DNA from: a virus
Taxonomy: Duplodnaviria; Caudoviricetes
Virus record (IMG/VR): IMGVR_UViG_3300022602_000410
Location: 1-24,535 of that record
Length of the DNA: 24,535 bases
Strand: one strand, 5' to 3'
Shown: one piece after another, positions 1-8,817 of the stretch
Position numbering within the stretch: the first letter of the stretch is position 1
Layout: every line of letters begins with the position of its first letter
Translations under genes and position numbers: made by a program
The notes under the pieces: generated by a model
The model's input: the letters and a program-made list of their open reading frames with translations, nothing else
Databases searched by the model: none
Told to the model about the DNA's origin: nothing

Positions 1-2
1 CT

Positions 3-734
3 TCGTGGCCGGGGTCGGGAACCACCTGGTACGACTTGTCGGGCAACGGTAAAAATGCCACATTCTATTATGACAGTTTTAGTCCAGTTACTGGCGAAAA
101 TAATCCCACAGGCACAGTTGTTGATGGTACCGCTTTAGACAGTAGCACGATGATTAAAAATGGTTCCAATGATTTGCGATTTGATGGTAGTACTACAGAT
201 GCAGTATATCAATATGCTGCTGGACCAAATCTTGGAACAGGTATAACTCAGTGGACTATTAATACGTGGTTCAATGCAGTAAGTTGGCAGACTGGTGGAT
301 ATTTGCCCGCCATATTTACAGGTGTATACGCTGGCGGTGGCGGCAGTATCTCAACGGTTAATTTCTGTTTGACTAGTTATAACGGCAGTACAGCTAGCGA
401 TACTAATATACGTGCAGGATATTATAGTGTTGCAACTGGTTGGCAATTGAGCGGTGGCTATGCACTTACAACTGGCACATGGTATAACATTGTGGGCACA
501 TACGATGGTGCCAATATCAAATTATATATTAACAATGTACTACAAAACACAACGGCTAGTGCCGGCGGCGGAAGCAATTTGGTCAGTACACTAGGGTATC
601 GTGTTGCACGACGTTGGGATGGCTACGACTCTTTTGATGCTTACATTCCGGTTGCTATGTTGTACAATCGTGCATTGAGTGCCAATGAAGTTAGCCAAAA
701 CTTTAATTATTTTAGAGCAAGGTACGGGGTATGA
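3..734 (+). CDS. LamG / concanavalin A-like lectin domain virion protein (5'-truncated by the window edge)
   Basis: The frame is open from position 3 (SWPGSGTTWYDLSGNG, the typical lead-in of phage LamG proteins), so the listed TTG at 36 is not the true start. LamG hallmarks WYNIVGTYDGANIKLYINN and LYNRALSANEVSQNF. Confidence 0.85.
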   Translation, partial: SWPGSGTTWYDLSGNGKNATFYYDSFSPVTGENNPTGTVVDGTALDSSTMIKNGSNDLRFDGSTTDAVYQYAAGPNLGTGITQWTINTWFNAVSWQTGGYLPAIFTGVYAGGGGSISTVNFCLTSYNGSTASDTNIRAGYYSVATGWQLSGGYALTTGTWYNIVGTYDGANIKLYINNVLQNTTASAGGGSNLVSTLGYRVARRWDGYDSFDAYIPVAMLYNRALSANEVSQNFNYFRARYGV

Positions 735-1453
735 ACATAGGTGGTGGAATTAACATAGGTGGCGGCGTAAGCATTCGAACAGAATCAAGTTTAAGTTATG
801 TCACTGCTGGCCTGTTGTTTAATCTTGATATGCAAAACTATGTGTCAGGAACAACTTGGCCCGATAATAGTGGTAATGGCAATAATTTTACCTTCTACCA
901 AGCACCCACAGGTAGCAGTTATGGTACAGTGTACAATACTGGTACAAGACAGGCCTATTGGAGTAGTCCTGGAAATAACGGTGCGGTTGCGGCCAGTACC
1001 ATATTTCCAGCAAACACTGACTACAGCAAAGGTATTGTGTTTCAGTTTACAGGATCAAACTTTTTCAACCTAATAGGATCTGGTACTAACGAAACATTTT
1101 GGGGTGCCGGTGGTACCACATTATATGCTGGTAATAATAACGGTGATGGTTATCAAGTAGTAGGGTCTAATATCACACTCAGTGCCAATACATGGTACTA
1201 TGTTTCGATGAGTTTTAGCGGGACTACGGGTTGGACTATCTATATAAATGGTGTGGCCCATGGAACCAGTGCCTCTACTACAAATAGACCGTCGGCATCA
1301 ACCCCAGAAATATTTGCGTATCAAGGCAATGCCAACAACACAACTGGTAAAGTTGCAGTGGCACACGTATACACTAGGGCATTGACTGCTGCAGAACATC
1401 TTCAAAATGCCACCTATTATTTGACTAGATATAACGGATCAAGTCCTGCCTAA
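731..1453 (+). CDS. LamG / concanavalin A-like lectin domain virion protein
   Basis: TTWPDNSGNGNNFT, TWYYVSMSF...IYING, VYTRALTAAE. IGGGI N-terminal repeat. ATGA overlap with the upstream paralog. Confidence 0.8.
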   Translation: MNIGGGINIGGGVSIRTESSLSYVTAGLLFNLDMQNYVSGTTWPDNSGNGNNFTFYQAPTGSSYGTVYNTGTRQAYWSSPGNNGAVAASTIFPANTDYSKGIVFQFTGSNFFNLIGSGTNETFWGAGGTTLYAGNNNGDGYQVVGSNITLSANTWYYVSMSFSGTTGWTIYINGVAHGTSASTTNRPSASTPEIFAYQGNANNTTGKVAVAHVYTRALTAAEHLQNATYYLTRYNGSSPA

Positions 1454-1457
1454 ACCA

Positions 1458-1486
1458 TTGATTTTGCCCAAAATATCGTATATAAT
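1458..1486 (+). promoter_or_regulatory. sigma70-type early promoter of the primase-helicase operon
   Basis: TTGATT (1458-1463), 17-bp spacer, TATAAT (1481-1486). Confidence 0.75.
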
Positions 1487-1492
1487 AGTACG

Positions 1493-2521
1493 ATGCTGAA
1501 CTCGATTCTAGACACTGTTAACACACTACTGCCCGCGAAACGCAAAACAAACTCCACAAGTGGCTGGACTAGTTTTAATGCAGTCTGTTGTCATAATAGA
1601 GGCGAAACACAGGACACAAGGGGTAGAGGCGGTATTATTACTAACCCAAACGGTGCTATATCATATTCCTGCTTTAACTGCAATTATACCGCAAACTATA
1701 CTCCGGGTAGACACTTAAACTACAAGTTTCGTAAACTGTTGAGTTGGTTGGGTGCCGATGACAATACTGTAAAGCGACTAGTAATTGATGCTATTCGTAT
1801 CAAAGAACTTGTTGAGCCTGATAAGGTTGAAGAAGTCAAAGAAGAAATTGTATTCAAACCCCGCCCTTTACCCGCAGAAGCACAGAGTTTTATGGCACTG
1901 GAAACGTTTTATCAATTGAAAGGTGATGTTGCCACTGGAAGTCCTCCGCATCATGATCCTGTGTTGTATATGGCACAACGTGCAATAGATTTACAAAAAT
2001 ATGAATTTTATTATACCACAGAACAACAATACAATTTACATCGGCGGGTCGTAATTCCTTTTACTTGGCGGAATGAGATTATTGGATATACGGCACGAGC
2101 ATTTGACCCAAAAGTCAAGCCCAAATATTATAGTCAATACGACGCCAACTATGTGTTTAATATAGACCGACAGTTGCCCAATGCCAAGTTTGTCGTTGTA
2201 TGTGAAGGCCCCATGGATGCAATGAGTATTGATGGCGTAGCAGTATTGAGCAATGAGTGTAGCGAACAACAGGCAGATATAATTGACAGTTTGGGACGAG
2301 AAGTTATTGTTGTTCCTGATTACGACAAGCCAGGTATGAAACTGGTCAGCGATGCACAGGAATTTGGATGGAGTGTGAGTTTTCCCATATGGTTTGGTAC
2401 ATTTAAAGATATCAATGAAGCTGTCATCAAGTATGGCAAACTGTTTGTGTTAAAGAGCATCATTGAAGCCCGAGAAACCAGTAGGTTAAAAATTGAGTTG
2501 CGTAAAAAGAAAGTAACATGA
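1493..2521 (+). CDS. DNA primase (Zn-binding + TOPRIM), T4 gp61-like
   Basis: N-terminal CCH...CFNC zinc ligands; RVVIPF...IIGYTAR; TOPRIM VVCEGPMDA and PDYD; upstream of the helicase. Confidence 0.9.
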   Translation: MLNSILDTVNTLLPAKRKTNSTSGWTSFNAVCCHNRGETQDTRGRGGIITNPNGAISYSCFNCNYTANYTPGRHLNYKFRKLLSWLGADDNTVKRLVIDAIRIKELVEPDKVEEVKEEIVFKPRPLPAEAQSFMALETFYQLKGDVATGSPPHHDPVLYMAQRAIDLQKYEFYYTTEQQYNLHRRVVIPFTWRNEIIGYTARAFDPKVKPKYYSQYDANYVFNIDRQLPNAKFVVVCEGPMDAMSIDGVAVLSNECSEQQADIIDSLGREVIVVPDYDKPGMKLVSDAQEFGWSVSFPIWFGTFKDINEAVIKYGKLFVLKSIIEARETSRLKIELRKKKVT

Positions 2522-3393
2522 TCATAATACCTTTTGTGCCAGGTTCGTTTGCATCGACTGTTGAGTATGTTTTACGCAACTATACACTGGAATACGCACA
2601 CGACAAAATTGATGCCAAAATCTGCGATGACGGGTCCATGCACTCGTTCGTAAAAACTAACCATATCTATAATAGCCAATTACTAGAAAAAAATATTATA
2701 GAATACTTGAATACAAATAAAATATTAACTCCAATATATCCGTTTGTAGATCTTCATGCTCGAGAAACCATAGACATAATCAATCAGTATTCACCGGAAA
2801 AAATTGTTTTTCTTTATGTACATGATTTAGAATACGCCGAAATTAATATGTTATTTCAATATTATAAAATTGCCCTTGGACTAAATGCCGGACTTGATAT
2901 ATTTTTTAGCAATAACTATAAACCCACTGACTGGAATAAAAACTACACGTCTTGGAAAGAAATGGCAATATGGGAATTGCGCGAGTGGTTGAGTATTTTT
3001 TATCTACAGTGGGTCAACGAATGGATTGAGGCTGTAAATTATGTTGACACTGATATTAAAATAAGTACTAAAGATATACTCGACGATACACCTGGCACTT
3101 TCAGAAAAATTATAAATTGTTGTGCCCTAACCGAGTGCGATAGTTTAGACAACTTTGCTTTAGAATGGCGCAACAAACAACAATATGTGCTCGACGAATA
3201 TCGTTTAATAAATCAAATTGTTCAAGCTGTATTGAATCAACAAGACTTTGCTTGGAACAAGTTAAACATTATATCAGAAGCGATCCTACAACAAAAACTA
3301 AGATCCAACGGATTTGAAATCAAATGTTGGAATTTGAATCAATTCCCAACCAATTCCCGAGACTTTGAATTACTACTAGAGAAAACACAATGA
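2518..3393 (+). CDS. hypothetical AT-rich protein, possible P-loop/sulfotransferase-like fold
   Basis: 291-aa ORF with ATGA overlaps at both ends. N-terminal hydrophobic strand followed by PGSFAS loop. The fold assignment is weak. Confidence 0.6.
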   Translation: MIIIPFVPGSFASTVEYVLRNYTLEYAHDKIDAKICDDGSMHSFVKTNHIYNSQLLEKNIIEYLNTNKILTPIYPFVDLHARETIDIINQYSPEKIVFLYVHDLEYAEINMLFQYYKIALGLNAGLDIFFSNNYKPTDWNKNYTSWKEMAIWELREWLSIFYLQWVNEWIEAVNYVDTDIKISTKDILDDTPGTFRKIINCCALTECDSLDNFALEWRNKQQYVLDEYRLINQIVQAVLNQQDFAWNKLNIISEAILQQKLRSNGFEIKCWNLNQFPTNSRDFELLLEKTQ

Positions 3394-4808
3394 CAATAAA
3401 AGAATATACACCCGATTTACAAAAGTTATTTTTAGAAATGATGTTACAAGACAGTAGCAGTTATGTACGTGTGCAAAACATTTACAACCCCGAAAACTTT
3501 GATCGAAGCCTACGTGCAGTTGCCGAGTTTATTAAAACACATACAGATAGTCATAAAACACTTCCTGACTATACACAAATTAAAGCCACAACCGGAGTAG
3601 AGCTAAAGCCAGTGCCCGAACTAAATGAAGGACACTACGAGTGGTTCATGCAAGAGTTTGAAGGCTTTACCAAACGTCAAGAACTGGAACGTGCTATTTT
3701 AAAAGCCGCTGACATGTTGGAAAAAGGTGACTATGATCCTGTAGAGAAATTAATCAAAGATGCAGTACAAATCAGTTTGCAAAAGGACATGGGCACCGAT
3801 TACTTTGCAGATCCGCAGTCACGTATTAACCGATATTTTAACAGTGGCGGACAAGTCAGCACAGGCTGGCCACAGATGGATCGACTGTTATATGGTGGAT
3901 TTAGTAGAGGTGAACTAAACATATTTGCCGGAGGCAGTGGTAGTGGTAAGAGTTTAGTAATGATGAATATTGCACTAAGTTGGCTACAAGCCGGGCTCAG
4001 TGGCGTTTATATTACTTTAGAATTGAGTGAAGAATTAACTGCATTGAGAACAGATGCAATGCTGACTGGTACTGGTACTAAGGACATACGGAAAGATGTT
4101 GATACCACTACAATGAAGGTTGTGTTGGTCAGTAAAAAATCTGGCAAGTATAGAATCAAAGCATTGCCGGCACAGAGCACAGTAAATGATATTCGCAGTT
4201 ATTTAAAAGAAGTGCAAATACAAACCGGAATAAAAGTTGACTTTGTCATGGTCGACTACTTGGACTTGGTAATGCCGGTAAGTGTCAAAGTTAACCCTAA
4301 CGATCAGTTTATTAAAGACAAGTATGTGGCAGAAGAATTGCGTAACTTGGCCAAAGAACTAAACATACTATTGGTAACTGCATCGCAATTGAATCGTAGC
4401 GCAGTTGAAGAAGTCGAATTTGACCATAGTCATATTGCTGGAGGTATAAGTAAAATTAACACAGCTGATAACGTGTTTGGTATCTTTACAAGTAGAGCCA
4501 TGCGTGAGCGGGGCAAGTATCAAATACAATGTATGAAGTCGAGATCTAGTACTGGGGTAGGACACAAAATTGATTTAGAATACAATATTGAAACCATGCG
4601 TATTACCGATCCCGGCATTGATGCAAATGAAAATAGTTTTGGACCACCTCGAGCCAGTATCATGGATCAAATTAAAGATCCAGTAAAACAAATTGCTAGA
4701 CCCGAAGCCAAGCCGGGAGCGGGACTAGATGTAGCCACAGTCAGTGCCGAAGCGCAAAGCAGTAAATTAAAAAGTATGTTGGCTGGATTAAAAAGTAAAT
4801 CAGAATGA
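3390..4808 (+). CDS. replicative DNA helicase, DnaB/T4 gp41 family
   Basis: Walker A GGSGSGKS, ITLELSE, Walker B VMVDYLDL, TASQLNR, MKSR arginine-finger region. Confidence 0.95.
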   Translation: MTIKEYTPDLQKLFLEMMLQDSSSYVRVQNIYNPENFDRSLRAVAEFIKTHTDSHKTLPDYTQIKATTGVELKPVPELNEGHYEWFMQEFEGFTKRQELERAILKAADMLEKGDYDPVEKLIKDAVQISLQKDMGTDYFADPQSRINRYFNSGGQVSTGWPQMDRLLYGGFSRGELNIFAGGSGSGKSLVMMNIALSWLQAGLSGVYITLELSEELTALRTDAMLTGTGTKDIRKDVDTTTMKVVLVSKKSGKYRIKALPAQSTVNDIRSYLKEVQIQTGIKVDFVMVDYLDLVMPVSVKVNPNDQFIKDKYVAEELRNLAKELNILLVTASQLNRSAVEEVEFDHSHIAGGISKINTADNVFGIFTSRAMRERGKYQIQCMKSRSSTGVGHKIDLEYNIETMRITDPGIDANENSFGPPRASIMDQIKDPVKQIARPEAKPGAGLDVATVSAEAQSSKLKSMLAGLKSKSE

Positions 4809-5335
4809 AAAAGTATAAGATACTATGCACCGGGAATCCCAATGATTTTACTATTGCCCGTGCTGTAAAAACAATATTTCCCGATGCCGACTTTGCATCC
4901 CGGGCCACTGGATATGATTTAAGAATGTGGGATCCCAAAGACGAAGAACATTTTCGAAGTCAAATTGTTAATTATGATGTATTCATTAATAGTGCGTTTA
5001 TTTGCAGTGGCGGACAACAACGTCTATTAGAAATAACACACAGTGTTTGGAAACAAGGACATGTGTTCAATATTGGCAGCACTGCCGAGTATCAAGGAAG
5101 AAAAAGTTATAATCCTTTGTACTCGGTGCAAAAGCGAGCACTCAGAGATCTAAGTCAAAGTCTTGCCTCCAAGACATTTAGAACCACACACATGACCATT
5201 GGCGGATTAAACGATGGCAAGCCCGAACACAGTATGTGGATGGAGCCGATTCATGTGGCCACTGCAATCAAATGGATACTCGAGTCCGAGGTACACGTGC
5301 CCATAATAGGCCTAGAACACGCCGATGACCTCTAA
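4805..5335 (+). CDS. short-chain dehydrogenase/reductase-like protein (atypical, short)
   Basis: ILCTG start, DVFINSA, VFNIGS catalytic Ser, YSVQK (YxxxK). The glycine-rich cofactor loop is degenerate. Confidence 0.7.
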   Translation: MKKYKILCTGNPNDFTIARAVKTIFPDADFASRATGYDLRMWDPKDEEHFRSQIVNYDVFINSAFICSGGQQRLLEITHSVWKQGHVFNIGSTAEYQGRKSYNPLYSVQKRALRDLSQSLASKTFRTTHMTIGGLNDGKPEHSMWMEPIHVATAIKWILESEVHVPIIGLEHADDL

Positions 5336-6503
5336 AAACAGTAGATCCTTTTGCTACGACATTTATAAAAATCTAGCAATTTGGACCAAAAACAATCAGC
5401 TGAGTTACAATCCCTGTAGCTTCTATGATGGCTTTATCAAGACTAACGATCAATTCAGTCTCAAAGAAATTTGGAACAGTGACCAGCATCAAGCATTAAA
5501 AACCCTTGTAGATCAGGACCTTCCCGTTCCCGGATGCGGTGCTTGTTATCGAGCCGAGGCACAAGGCTTAACGAGTCGTAGGCTTGGTTCACGAGAACTT
5601 TACGAAGTTTACTTCAAAGACACCGACATTGAATTATCGGGCCCGCAAAGCATTGACTACAGTGTTGGCAATCTTTGTAATCTACGATGCATGATCTGCG
5701 GCCCCGCAGACAGCACAAGTTGGATTCCCGATTATCAAAAAATATATCCGCTAAGAGACATTACAAAATTCAAATTTGACAAATTCAATCAAATCGAAGT
5801 CACCGACACCGAACTGTTAAAAAATATTGTAAACGTGCATTTTCATGGTGGTGGCGAACCTTTACTCAGCAACAGTCATGTCAACCTCTTAAAGAAAATA
5901 CACCAAGTCAAAGGACTTGGTGATGTGCATGTATTTTATAATACCAATGGCACAGTTCGTGTCAGTGACGAAGTATTAGATATTTGGAGCCAATGCAGTC
6001 TAGTAGAACTTTACTTCAGTATCGATGATGTTGGTGCTAGGTTCAACTATCAACGAACCGGAGCCGACTGGAACAAATTGTTAGCAAACTTGTCATGGTA
6101 TCAAGAGCACATGCCGGTGAATCACATGTTTAAAATAAACTGTACTTGGAGTTATTTAAACATATACTATCTTGACGAGTTAGTTGATTGGCATCGAAAC
6201 AACTTTAGTCAAAATAGATTGGGCGATCCGGTTAATTTGATATTTCAAAAAGCCTTGGGCGACTTTGCTCTCGAATATCTCGGCCCCGAAGTTTTGCAAC
6301 ATTTGCGAGATAAATTTAAAAATTATACCGAATTGCTGGACTTGTTAAAGATGATATCCGAGTCCGAGCACGATCATCTTGAATTCTTTGATCTAGTAGC
6401 AAAAATCGATCGAATTCGAAACACTGCCTTTGATCAAATCTGCCCTGAATGGTCGCAGATTTTGATTAATAGTAAAAGTGCCAAACACATAAATATAACA
6501 TAG
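5325..6503 (+). CDS. radical SAM protein with N-terminal SPASM/twitch-like Cys cluster
   Basis: CNLRCMIC (CxxxCxxC), FHGGGEP, YNTNGT, FSID; N-terminal C...PC...CGAC. Confidence 0.9.
   Translation: MTSKNSRSFCYDIYKNLAIWTKNNQLSYNPCSFYDGFIKTNDQFSLKEIWNSDQHQALKTLVDQDLPVPGCGACYRAEAQGLTSRRLGSRELYEVYFKDTDIELSGPQSIDYSVGNLCNLRCMICGPADSTSWIPDYQKIYPLRDITKFKFDKFNQIEVTDTELLKNIVNVHFHGGGEPLLSNSHVNLLKKIHQVKGLGDVHVFYNTNGTVRVSDEVLDIWSQCSLVELYFSIDDVGARFNYQRTGADWNKLLANLSWYQEHMPVNHMFKINCTWSYLNIYYLDELVDWHRNNFSQNRLGDPVNLIFQKALGDFALEYLGPEVLQHLRDKFKNYTELLDLLKMISESEHDHLEFFDLVAKIDRIRNTAFDQICPEWSQILINSKSAKHINIT
6488..6495 (+). promoter_or_regulatory. T4-like late promoter box (CATAAATA)
   Basis: TAAATA core about 20 nt upstream of ORF 6517, followed by a GGAG Shine-Dalgarno. 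The same core recurs before other putative late genes. Confidence 0.65.
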
Positions 6504-6516
6504 ATTGGAGTAAATC

Positions 6517-6765
6517 TTGCAAAAGCGGACCCATAGCATCTTAGAAGAATTGGCCACAATGAGTCCTCAACGAGACCGACGTAGTCTTGTAGAGAGTCGT
6601 GCTAATAATGTAATCGCAAGTGCTATAAACTTATTGAACTATATTCGAGAGAACTACGATGCCGAATCGGCAACAGAATTAGAGCGTAGACTTTTGAACA
6701 GTATCCGTACACAAGACCCCAATAAATTTGCCCGTGGAGTACGGAGACTAAACAATGAAGACTAA
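6517..6765 (+). CDS. hypothetical small helical protein (late operon)
   Basis: TTG start preceded by GGAG; 82 aa; overlaps the next gene. Confidence 0.7.
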   Translation: MQKRTHSILEELATMSPQRDRRSLVESRANNVIASAINLLNYIRENYDAESATELERRLLNSIRTQDPNKFARGVRRLNNED

Positions 6766-8017
6766 CGAAATTATACTAGAGGTCGGGGCAATATCCCGGG
6801 CTCTGGCCGGAACAACTGCCGGAATACAAAAATTCCGATCACGACAAAATATAGCAAAACTGGCCAAAGATTCATTTAGACAATGGAACGAACGCACTGC
6901 CGGAGATCCTGCGACTGCAAACGATCCTGATAAATTGTATAGCTTTGCACAAAAAATGGCGCCCAGGGTTAAAAATCTTCCACCTCCGCCTGCATCAATT
7001 ACCCCGGCCAATGTGTTACAATATTTTGATACCGTGACCGGCTTGGCCCTGGCCGGCCCGTCATATAGAGATGCCCCCGAAGCCGAGCCAACATCCACTA
7101 TCGGAAGTACACATGCCAATCCCAAAGCAGCTACAAAACTAGAGATCAAGGGTCACGAATACAATTACAATCCAGGAACACGAGCTTGGACCAACGAAGC
7201 CGGTGCGTCAATAACCAATCCCAATGATATAGAGATATTGAATCAAAAAGCATACGAGCAGGCAAAAGCAGGAACACAACAACCTAGTGCCAACACAGAA
7301 CCTGCACAAGTAGCGGGTCAACCAGCAACGCCAGCAGCAACCCCAACCCCAACAACCTCGGCGCCAACGGCATCTACTCCAACACCTACAACACCAACTG
7401 CGTCGGCTCCGGTGACCCCAACAACTACTGTACCAACACCAGCAACCCCTACAACACCAACAGCATCTACTCCGACACCGGCTCCAAATACAGTCACTGA
7501 TTATTCAAATTTCTTTAAAATGGAGCCCACTGCTACTTCGTCAGCAATAGCACAAGGAATAAATCAAATAGGGCAACCTACAACACAAGCACCAACGGGT
7601 TTTGCAGGAACACAACAACCTAGTGCCAACACAGAACCTGCACAAGTAGCGGGTCAACCAGCAACGCCACCACGTGATATCAATGCACGACGTGCTGCAC
7701 GAGACAAAATACGATTTGCCCCGCCAGCACCGGTTGCAACCCCGCCACGTGATATCAATGCACGACGTGCTGCACGAGACAAAATACGATTCGCACCACC
7801 TGCCGAAACTCCAGCGCCAGTAGAACAACCCACTGGATTACAATTTAAAGGACGCCAACGTTATGCGCCACACGGAAATACAGAGACCACAAAAGGTCAA
7901 ATTCATAACGGACAATTGGTTAAAGCCGGTCTTGAAAATCTCGATACTCCCATAGTAGAAGACAATGGTGTAGACTTTGCGGCTTTGTTATTTGATAAAA
8001 TGAAGAAACAATCATGA
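6755..8017 (+). CDS. Pro/Thr/Ala-rich repeat protein, candidate internal head protein
   Basis: 420 aa; GGAG upstream; N-terminus MKTNEIILE; low-complexity PTPT tract and exact internal duplications. Confidence 0.7.
   Translation: MKTNEIILEVGAISRALAGTTAGIQKFRSRQNIAKLAKDSFRQWNERTAGDPATANDPDKLYSFAQKMAPRVKNLPPPPASITPANVLQYFDTVTGLALAGPSYRDAPEAEPTSTIGSTHANPKAATKLEIKGHEYNYNPGTRAWTNEAGASITNPNDIEILNQKAYEQAKAGTQQPSANTEPAQVAGQPATPAATPTPTTSAPTASTPTPTTPTASAPVTPTTTVPTPATPTTPTASTPTPAPNTVTDYSNFFKMEPTATSSAIAQGINQIGQPTTQAPTGFAGTQQPSANTEPAQVAGQPATPPRDINARRAARDKIRFAPPAPVATPPRDINARRAARDKIRFAPPAETPAPVEQPTGLQFKGRQRYAPHGNTETTKGQIHNGQLVKAGLENLDTPIVEDNGVDFAALLFDKMKKQS
7268..7669 (+). repeat. 66-bp exact direct repeat (7268-7333 and 7604-7669)
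   Basis: GCAGGAACACAACAACCTAGTGCC...CAGCAACGCCA occurs twice and encodes AGTQQPSANTEPAQVAGQPATP. Confidence 0.9.
7670..7791 (+). repeat. 75-bp-period tandem duplication with a 47-bp exact core (7670-7716, 7745-7791)
   Basis: CCACGTGATATCAATGCACGACGTGCTGCACGAGACAAAATACGATT occurs twice; the unit encodes PPRDINARRAARDKIRFAPPA. Confidence 0.9.
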
Positions 8018-8817
8018 TACTAATCGAAGGCGGTAACGTTTTTAAAGACGCTAAGAAAGTTCCTATTACTCAACGTATTAATAGAAACGATGTGCCCACA
8101 ACTGTAAAGTGGTTAGAACAAATTACAGGTTTAAATTTAAAAAACGAATTATTGGGCAGCACTGGCGTTACTGAAACAAGTGGTGATATTGATCTAGCAC
8201 TTGATGGTAATGTGATCAAGAAAGATGCAGTTGTTGGAGTATTGACCAGCTGGTGCAAAAAGCAAGGCATACCCGAAGACCAAATCATCAACAGCAAAGC
8301 CAAGGGCAAAGAGCCAGCACATTTAGATCGTTGGATTGATGCTACCGGTATTGAAGTGCATTTTCGTTGCCCGATCAACGGCGATCCCAAGCGTGGATAT
8401 GTACAAGTAGACTTCAACTTCTTGACCAACATGAAGTGGAGCAAGTTCATGTTGGCAGCAATGCCGCCGGACAGTCGATTTAAAGGTGTAGACCGTGCTG
8501 TGTTGTTTAACAGTATTGGTAAGACACTGGGCGTTAAAGTAAATGTTATAAGTGGAGTACATGCTAGAGATACCAATGAATTAGTCACAGACGATCCTGC
8601 AGTATTGGCAAGATTATTGCTAGATGGACGTGGTACGGTAAAGGATTTAGCCAGTGTAGAAAGCACAGTTGGCGCATTGCGTAACGATCCCAAACGAAAA
8701 GAAAAGTTACATGACTTTGCCGATTATCTATCAAAGACCGGAAGAGTATTGCCCGAACAAGCCAGCAGCGAACATCCCAGTGAATGGTTTAGACATATCA
8801 ATAACAAGTTAAAATGA
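8014..8817 (+). CDS. Pol-beta superfamily nucleotidyltransferase-like protein
   Basis: LLGSTG...SGDIDLA (GS...DxD) plus a candidate third acidic residue in YVQVDF. Confidence 0.7.
   Translation: MILIEGGNVFKDAKKVPITQRINRNDVPTTVKWLEQITGLNLKNELLGSTGVTETSGDIDLALDGNVIKKDAVVGVLTSWCKKQGIPEDQIINSKAKGKEPAHLDRWIDATGIEVHFRCPINGDPKRGYVQVDFNFLTNMKWSKFMLAAMPPDSRFKGVDRAVLFNSIGKTLGVKVNVISGVHARDTNELVTDDPAVLARLLLDGRGTVKDLASVESTVGALRNDPKRKEKLHDFADYLSKTGRVLPEQASSEHPSEWFRHINNKLK

Noticed and set aside
7268-7791. Repeats as a CRISPR array or DGR template/variable pair
   Set aside because: Only two copies each, in frame within a CDS, with no spacers, no adenine-specific mismatches and no reverse transcriptase in the window.
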